NCBI GenBank assembly: GCA_000091165.1
Contig: FP565575.1
Coordinates: 540,001-572,000, forward strand
Length of the DNA: 32,000 nt
Direction of reading: 5' to 3'
Origin: Candidatus Methylomirabilis oxygeniifera
Lineage (GTDB): Bacteria > Methylomirabilota > Methylomirabilia > Methylomirabilales > Methylomirabilaceae
Below are positions 27,523 through 32,000 of this stretch, in pieces. The notes under the pieces were generated by a model. It saw only the letters and a program-made list of their open reading frames with translations, made no database searches and was not told the origin of the DNA. The position numbers were made by a program, and so were the translations under genes. The first letter of the stretch is position 1; each line of letters opens with the position of its first letter.

Positions 27523-27639
27523 AGCGATCAGCGGTCAGCCCTCAGCAGGCAGCTTCTGCTGATGGCTGGCCGCTTATGTTTTAAGCGATCAGCTTACAGA
27601 CTACGGCTGTTGCTGACCGCTGATAGCTGATGGCTGCTT
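27523..27639 (+). repeat. Long heptad-phased repeat block between rpsI and argC
   Basis: AGCGATC AGCGGTC AGCCCTC AGCAGGC AGCTTCT GCTGATG GCTGGCC GCTTATG ... AGCGATC AGCTTAC AGACTAC GGCTGTT GCTGACC GCTGATA GCTGATG GCTGCTT. Confidence 0.9.
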
Positions 27640-27641
27640 TT

Positions 27642-28712
27642 ATGAAACGGCAGATGGGTGAGACAGGGCATAAGATTCGGGTAGCGGTAGTCGGAGCCAG
27701 CGGCTACACCGGCGTAGAGCTTCTTCGACTCCTGATCAACCATCCGGCTGTAGAGATCACCGCGCTGACGTCGGAGAGTTATGCGGATTTGCCGATCGAC
27801 GAGGCATTTCCCAGCCTCTTCGGTGTGCTCAAGCTGACATGCGAAAGATTCGATGCGCGTGAGGTGGCGAAGCGCGCTGACGTGATCTTCCTGGCCGTCC
27901 CCCACAAGACCGCGATGACGGCGGCAGTCGAGTTGTTTCCCTCAGGCAGAAAGATCATTGATCTGAGCGCCGACTTTCGCTTCCGCGATCCCGCTGTCTA
28001 TCGCCAGTGGTACGGCGTGGATCACGAGGCGCCGGAACTGCTGAAAGAAGCAGCCTACGCCCTTCCGGAGTTCTATCGCCAGCAGCTTACCGCAGCGCGA
28101 TTGGCGGCGGCGCCCGGTTGCTACCCAACGGCGGTCCTGCTTGGACTGCTTCCCCTGTTGAAGCGGGAGGTCGTCGATCCGGACTCTCTGACTATCGACG
28201 CGATCTCCGGCGCGTCAGGCGCGGGGCGGAAGCCGGATCTTTCGCTGCACTTCGCCGAGCTGGATGGGAATTGTAAGGCGTACAAGGTCGCATGTCACCG
28301 GCATACGCCGGAGATTGAGCAGGAACTCAGCCGCTGCGTTGGCCGAGAGGTACAGGTGACGTTTACGCCGCATCTGGTGGGGACAGTCCGAGGAATCCTG
28401 GCGACCATCACGGCCACGCTCGTGACCTCTAAAGATGAAGGGGAGCTGCGCGCGCTCTACCGGGATTGGTATCAGAACGAGCCGTTCGTGAGGATCCTTC
28501 CTGAAGGCCGATTTCCTGAGACCAAGCAGGTGCGCGGGTCCAACTTCTGTGATATCGGCCTTACCGTTGATGCCAGGACACGGCGCGTGATTGTTGTGAC
28601 GGCTATTGACAATCTTGTCAAGGGCGCCTCCGGGCAGGCGATTCAGGCTATGAACATCATGATGGGTCTCGACGAACGGACGGGATTACAACTCGCTCCG
28701 CTCTTCCCCTAA
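27642..28712 (+). CDS. argC: N-acetyl-gamma-glutamyl-phosphate reductase
   Basis: RVAVVGASGYTGVELLRLLINHP...AAPGCYPTAVLLGLLPLL. The ATG at 27630 lies inside the repeat, so 27642 is preferred. Confidence 0.95.
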   Translation: MKRQMGETGHKIRVAVVGASGYTGVELLRLLINHPAVEITALTSESYADLPIDEAFPSLFGVLKLTCERFDAREVAKRADVIFLAVPHKTAMTAAVELFPSGRKIIDLSADFRFRDPAVYRQWYGVDHEAPELLKEAAYALPEFYRQQLTAARLAAAPGCYPTAVLLGLLPLLKREVVDPDSLTIDAISGASGAGRKPDLSLHFAELDGNCKAYKVACHRHTPEIEQELSRCVGREVQVTFTPHLVGTVRGILATITATLVTSKDEGELRALYRDWYQNEPFVRILPEGRFPETKQVRGSNFCDIGLTVDARTRRVIVVTAIDNLVKGASGQAIQAMNIMMGLDERTGLQLAPLFP

Positions 28713-28727
28713 CCTCTATCTTTGATG

Positions 28728-28790
28728 AGCTGTCAGCGATCGGCTTTCGGTACGCAGCGTTTGCTGACGGCTGATTGCTGATCGCTGCAC
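28728..28790 (+). repeat. Heptad-phased repeat between argC and argJ
   Basis: AGCTGTC AGCGATC GGCTTTC GGTACGC AGCGTTT GCTGACG GCTGATT GCTGATC GCTGCAC. Confidence 0.9.
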
Positions 28791-28794
28791 TTCG

Positions 28795-30012
28795 ATGAAA
28801 CAGCCAACGACACAGGACATTCCAGGAGGCATTACGGCGGCCAAAGGTATCAGGGCTGCCGGAGTCTACTGCGGCATCAAGAAGACCGCACCCGACCTGG
28901 CGCTTGTGGTGTCGGATCGACCCGCCACCGTAGCCGGGGTGACGACGAGCAATCTGGCTAAGGCTGCTCCAGTGCGTCTTTGCGAGCAGCAACTGACGGA
29001 CGGCCGTTTCTCCGCGATCGTGGCGAACAGCGGCAATGCCAACGCCTGCACCGGGCTCCAGGGCGAACGGGACGCGGTACAGATGCGTGATCGGCTTGCC
29101 GGACTCCTGCACTGTCCGGCACGTGAAGTCTTTGTGGCCTCTACCGGGGTGATCGGGAAACGCCTGCCGATCTCGAAGGTCCTTTCGGGGATTCGCGAGG
29201 GCACCGGGCGTCTCTCGGCCGACGGCGGCGAGGCGGCGGCCAGGGCCATCATGACCACCGATAGCTGCCCAAAGGAGGCGGCAGTTCGAATTGAACTGGA
29301 CGGCCAACCCATCGTGATCGGTGGTATGGCCAAGGGATCCGGGATGATCGCGCCCAATCTGGCTACGATGCTCTGTTTTGTCGGCACCGACGCCCGGATT
29401 TCCGCCCCTCTTCTGCGCCGGGTTCTCCGGCGGACCGTCGAGGAGTCCTTCAACGCCATTACGGTAGACGGGTGTATGAGTACGAACGATACCGTCTTGC
29501 TGTTTGCGAATGGGATGAGCGATACGCCGCCTCTGAAGGCCGGCACTCCGAGGTTGGACGCGTTTGAAGGGGCGCTCTTGCAGGTGCTCTCTCGCCTGGC
29601 GAGAATGATTGTCAAGGATGGGGAGGGGGCGACCAAACTGATTCGGGTGGAGGTGATGGGATCGCGGACGACGCGCGATGCCAGGATTGCGGCACAGGCG
29701 ATCGCCAACTCCCCGCTTGTCAAGACGGCCTTCTTCGGGGAGGATTGCAATTGGGGGCGGATCATGTCGGCCATCGGCGCCTCGGGAATCCGATTTGACC
29801 CCGATTGTGTGGAAATCGCTGTGGACGGGATTCCAGTGGTTCAAAAGGGAGTCGGCCTGGGGGCGGCGGCAGAGCGACGGGCGGCCGTATGCATGCGCCG
29901 ATCCGAGTTTGACCTGACCATTCATTTGCACGGAGGCACAGGAGGCGCGGTCGTCCTGACTACCGATCTGAGTGAAGCGTATGTCAGGATCAACGCCGGC
30001 TACCGGAGTTGA
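28795..30012 (+). CDS. argJ: Bifunctional ornithine acetyltransferase/N-acetylglutamate synthase
   Basis: IPGGITAAKGIRAAGVYCGIK...NSGNANACTG...AKGSGMIAPNLATMLCFVGTDA. Confidence 0.96.
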   Translation: MKQPTTQDIPGGITAAKGIRAAGVYCGIKKTAPDLALVVSDRPATVAGVTTSNLAKAAPVRLCEQQLTDGRFSAIVANSGNANACTGLQGERDAVQMRDRLAGLLHCPAREVFVASTGVIGKRLPISKVLSGIREGTGRLSADGGEAAARAIMTTDSCPKEAAVRIELDGQPIVIGGMAKGSGMIAPNLATMLCFVGTDARISAPLLRRVLRRTVEESFNAITVDGCMSTNDTVLLFANGMSDTPPLKAGTPRLDAFEGALLQVLSRLARMIVKDGEGATKLIRVEVMGSRTTRDARIAAQAIANSPLVKTAFFGEDCNWGRIMSAIGASGIRFDPDCVEIAVDGIPVVQKGVGLGAAAERRAAVCMRRSEFDLTIHLHGGTGGAVVLTTDLSEAYVRINAGYRS

Positions 30013-30034
30013 TAGGTCACGCAACGCGTGAGGT

Positions 30035-30075
30035 GTCATTGCGAGGCTCCGACACGTCGGGGTCGAAGCAATCTC
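30035..30075 (+). repeat. Partial copy of the GTCATTGCGAG dispersed element
   Basis: gtcattgcgaggctccgacacgtcggggtcgaagcaatctc; compare 7651..7753. Confidence 0.7.
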
Positions 30076-30221
30076 GCTGACGAATGCAACACATGAGGTG
30101 TCGGCGCGGTACGTCCTATTTTCGCTTGTTTTGATCTATTTTGACGTGGTATAAATGCAGGGCGTTAGCGGGTGAGAGAACTCGCATCAACTTCACACGC
30201 CCCCCGATTCCTACGAGGGTG

Positions 30222-30242
30222 CCCCTACCGGCTGTGTAGGGG
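30222..30242 (+). promoter_or_regulatory. Leader hairpin upstream of rpsB, possible r-protein regulatory RNA
   Basis: CCCCTAC-cggctgt-GTAGGGG stem in the 5' leader. Upstream TTGTTT-N18-TATAAA (30126..30155) could be the promoter. Confidence 0.3.
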
Positions 30243-30319
30243 TCTCGCAGGGAGGTGACGAGGGCGGAGGACACAACCCAGAGGGCTGCGCGGAACGGTC
30301 AGCCGAACGGAGGAGCAGT

Positions 30320-31108
30320 GTGGTAACGGTTACGATTAAGGAGCTGTTGGAAGCAGGGATCCATTTTGGGCATCAGACCAAGCGCTGGAACCCAAAGATG
30401 AAGAAATTTCTCTTTGGAGAACAGAACGGTATCTACATCATCGATTTGCAAAAAACCTTGAAGAAATTTCATGAAGCGATTGCGTTTGTGAGGGATGTGG
30501 CAGAACAAGGCCTGCCGGTCGTGTTTGTCGGAACAAAAAAACAGGCCGCTGATGTGATGGAGCAGGAGGCCAATCGCTGCGAGCAATTCTTTGTGAACCA
30601 TCGTTGGCTGGGTGGGACCCTCACCAACTTCCAGACGATCAGGAAGAGCGTAGGCCGGCTGCGCCATATTGAAGAAATGGAGGCCAAGGGCGAATGCGAG
30701 CGTCTGACGAAGAAGGAGATTGCGGGGCTGCAGCGGGAGCGTCAGAAGCTTGAATATACCTTAGGCGGTATCAAGGGGATGGAACGGTTGCCGGGTGCAA
30801 TCTTTGTGATCGATACCAAGAAGGAGCGGATCGCCGTATGCGAGGCCAGGCGCCTTGGTATTCCGGTTGTTGCCGTTGTGGACACCAACTGCGATCCCGA
30901 CGAGGTGGATTATCCGATTCCTGGTAATGACGACGCGATTCGAGCCATTCGACTGATGGCGGGTCGTATGGCCGACGTCATCCAGGAGAGCCGAGCCGCA
31001 CGGATGAAGGCTGCCGAGGATATGGCGGCGGCTCAGGCCGAATCAGCCCCTTCATCAGAGGACATGGGCCCGACCGAAGCGCCACTGGAGATCCTCCAAC
31101 AGATCTAA
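30320..31108 (+). CDS. rpsB: 30S ribosomal protein S2
   Basis: [38 protein letters not shown]...[17 protein letters not shown] start. Confidence 0.98.
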   Translation: MVTVTIKELLEAGIHFGHQTKRWNPKMKKFLFGEQNGIYIIDLQKTLKKFHEAIAFVRDVAEQGLPVVFVGTKKQAADVMEQEANRCEQFFVNHRWLGGTLTNFQTIRKSVGRLRHIEEMEAKGECERLTKKEIAGLQRERQKLEYTLGGIKGMERLPGAIFVIDTKKERIAVCEARRLGIPVVAVVDTNCDPDEVDYPIPGNDDAIRAIRLMAGRMADVIQESRAARMKAAEDMAAAQAESAPSSEDMGPTEAPLEILQQI

Positions 31109-31164
31109 GATCCGGCAAAGCGATTCGCTTTAAGTGGAAAAGGCTGAAGGTTGTTCGGTAGTTC

Positions 31165-31206
31165 TCCTTCAGTCTTCAGTCTAAACGCCTAACTGCTGAG
31201 CGCTAT
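31165..31206 (+). repeat. Heptad-phased repeat upstream of tsf
   Basis: TCCTTCA GTCTTCA GTCTAAA CGCCTAA CTGCTGA GCGCTAT. Confidence 0.6.
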
Positions 31207-31228
31207 TTTCCAAGGAAAGAGGATAAGG

Positions 31229-31846
31229 ATGTCAGCGACAATTTCGGCGACGTTGGTAAGAGACTTGCGGGAAAGGACCGGCGTAGGGTTTATGGAGTGT
31301 AAGACCGCGCTGGTCGAGGCGGAAGGGAATCTGGAGAAAGCCACGACGCTCCTCCGTGAAAAGGGGTTAGCGTCGGCCTCAAAAAAGATGGGGCGAACGG
31401 CCTCTGACGGCCTGGTAATTTCGTACATTCATGGCGGTGGAAAGATCGGCGTGCTGTTGGAACTGAATTGTGAAACGGACTTCGTCGCCAAGACCGACGA
31501 GTTCGGAACGCTGGCCAAAGACCTGGCGATGCAGATAGCAGCCGCGAACCCGCAGTATGTCCGTCGAGAGGAGGTCCCGGCCGACATCCTCGAAAAAGAG
31601 AGAGGGATCTTCTTGGCGCAGGTGAAATCATCCGGTAAACCGGAAAAGGTGATCGAACAGATCGTCCAGGGGCGGATGGCAAAGTTCTTCAGCGAGGTCT
31701 GCCTCCAGGAACAGCCTTTTATCAAGACACCTGACGTCAAGGTCGAGGATCGGATCAAAGAGGTTATCGCCAAGGTCGGAGAGAATGTTGTCGTCCGACG
31801 CTTTTGCCGGTATCAATTAGGCGAGAAGGTGGAGTGCGGCGCGTAA
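31229..31846 (+). CDS. tsf: Elongation factor Ts
   Basis: [39 protein letters not shown]...[11 protein letters not shown]. Confidence 0.98.
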   Translation: MSATISATLVRDLRERTGVGFMECKTALVEAEGNLEKATTLLREKGLASASKKMGRTASDGLVISYIHGGGKIGVLLELNCETDFVAKTDEFGTLAKDLAMQIAAANPQYVRREEVPADILEKERGIFLAQVKSSGKPEKVIEQIVQGRMAKFFSEVCLQEQPFIKTPDVKVEDRIKEVIAKVGENVVVRRFCRYQLGEKVECGA

Positions 31847-31892
31847 TCCAACAGCGCACTCGGCCTCCGCGGACTTCCACGAAGGTAACGCG

Positions 31893-32000
31893 ATGGAGAC
31901 GCTGAAGTACAAGCGGATCATGTTGAAGGTCAGCGGCGAGGCTCTTGCCGGCGATGAAAGGTTCGGGATCAGCCCCAAGGTATTGAGCTTTCTGGCCGAT
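31893..32000 (+). CDS. pyrH: UMP kinase, 5' part only
   Basis: [36 protein letters not shown]; rpsB-tsf-pyrH synteny. Confidence 0.93.
   Translation, partial: METLKYKRIMLKVSGEALAGDERFGISPKVLSFLAD

Noticed and set aside
28657-30039. 460-aa minus-strand ORF
   Set aside because: Antisense shadow of argJ, which has full motif support.
8927-31206. CRISPR array interpretation of the short repeats
   Set aside because: Period is 7 nt with degenerate words. There are no 23-47 nt repeats with unique spacers and no cas genes.

Overview
32 kb of high-GC bacterial chromosome. Gene content and style are compatible with an NC10/Methylomirabilis-like organism, but that is an inference and untested. The left ~2.8 kb is a minus-strand accessory patch of toxin-antitoxin (TA) loci and relics: hicA/hicB, a decayed higBA, a frameshifted parE-like toxin with its antitoxin, a relic resembling the DnaE2 C-terminus, and an intact higBA. 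It also holds a 78-bp diverged direct repeat and an attC-like palindrome. Next come PBP1A, tRNA-Glu(CTC), a DUF985 cupin, a membrane protein and a brnT/brnA TA pair. A ~9 kb catabolic cluster follows: acyl-CoA dehydrogenase, etfB, etfA, a membrane Fe-S ETF:quinone oxidoreductase with an apparent frameshift, a B12-dependent acyl-CoA mutase (large and small subunits), a thiolase-like protein and a DUF35 protein. After that: a RAYT transposase relic with 15-bp inverted ends, a MazG-like pyrophosphohydrolase, an orphan exeA/gspB pair, an ABM monooxygenase, valS, birA, coaX, tatA with a zinc-ribbon tail, rplM, rpsI, argC, argJ, rpsB, tsf and the start of pyrH. Main observations: (1) ten spacers carry degenerate repeats phased at exactly 7 nt, usually just upstream of a start codon; (2) the mutase annotated by family as methylmalonyl-CoA mutase has the Phe/Gln residue pair of isobutyryl-CoA mutase; (3) its thiolase-like neighbour has Gly at the nucleophilic Cys position and is paired with a DUF35 protein, as in Ltp2-type aldolases. 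No CRISPR array, phage or clearly new defence system was seen.
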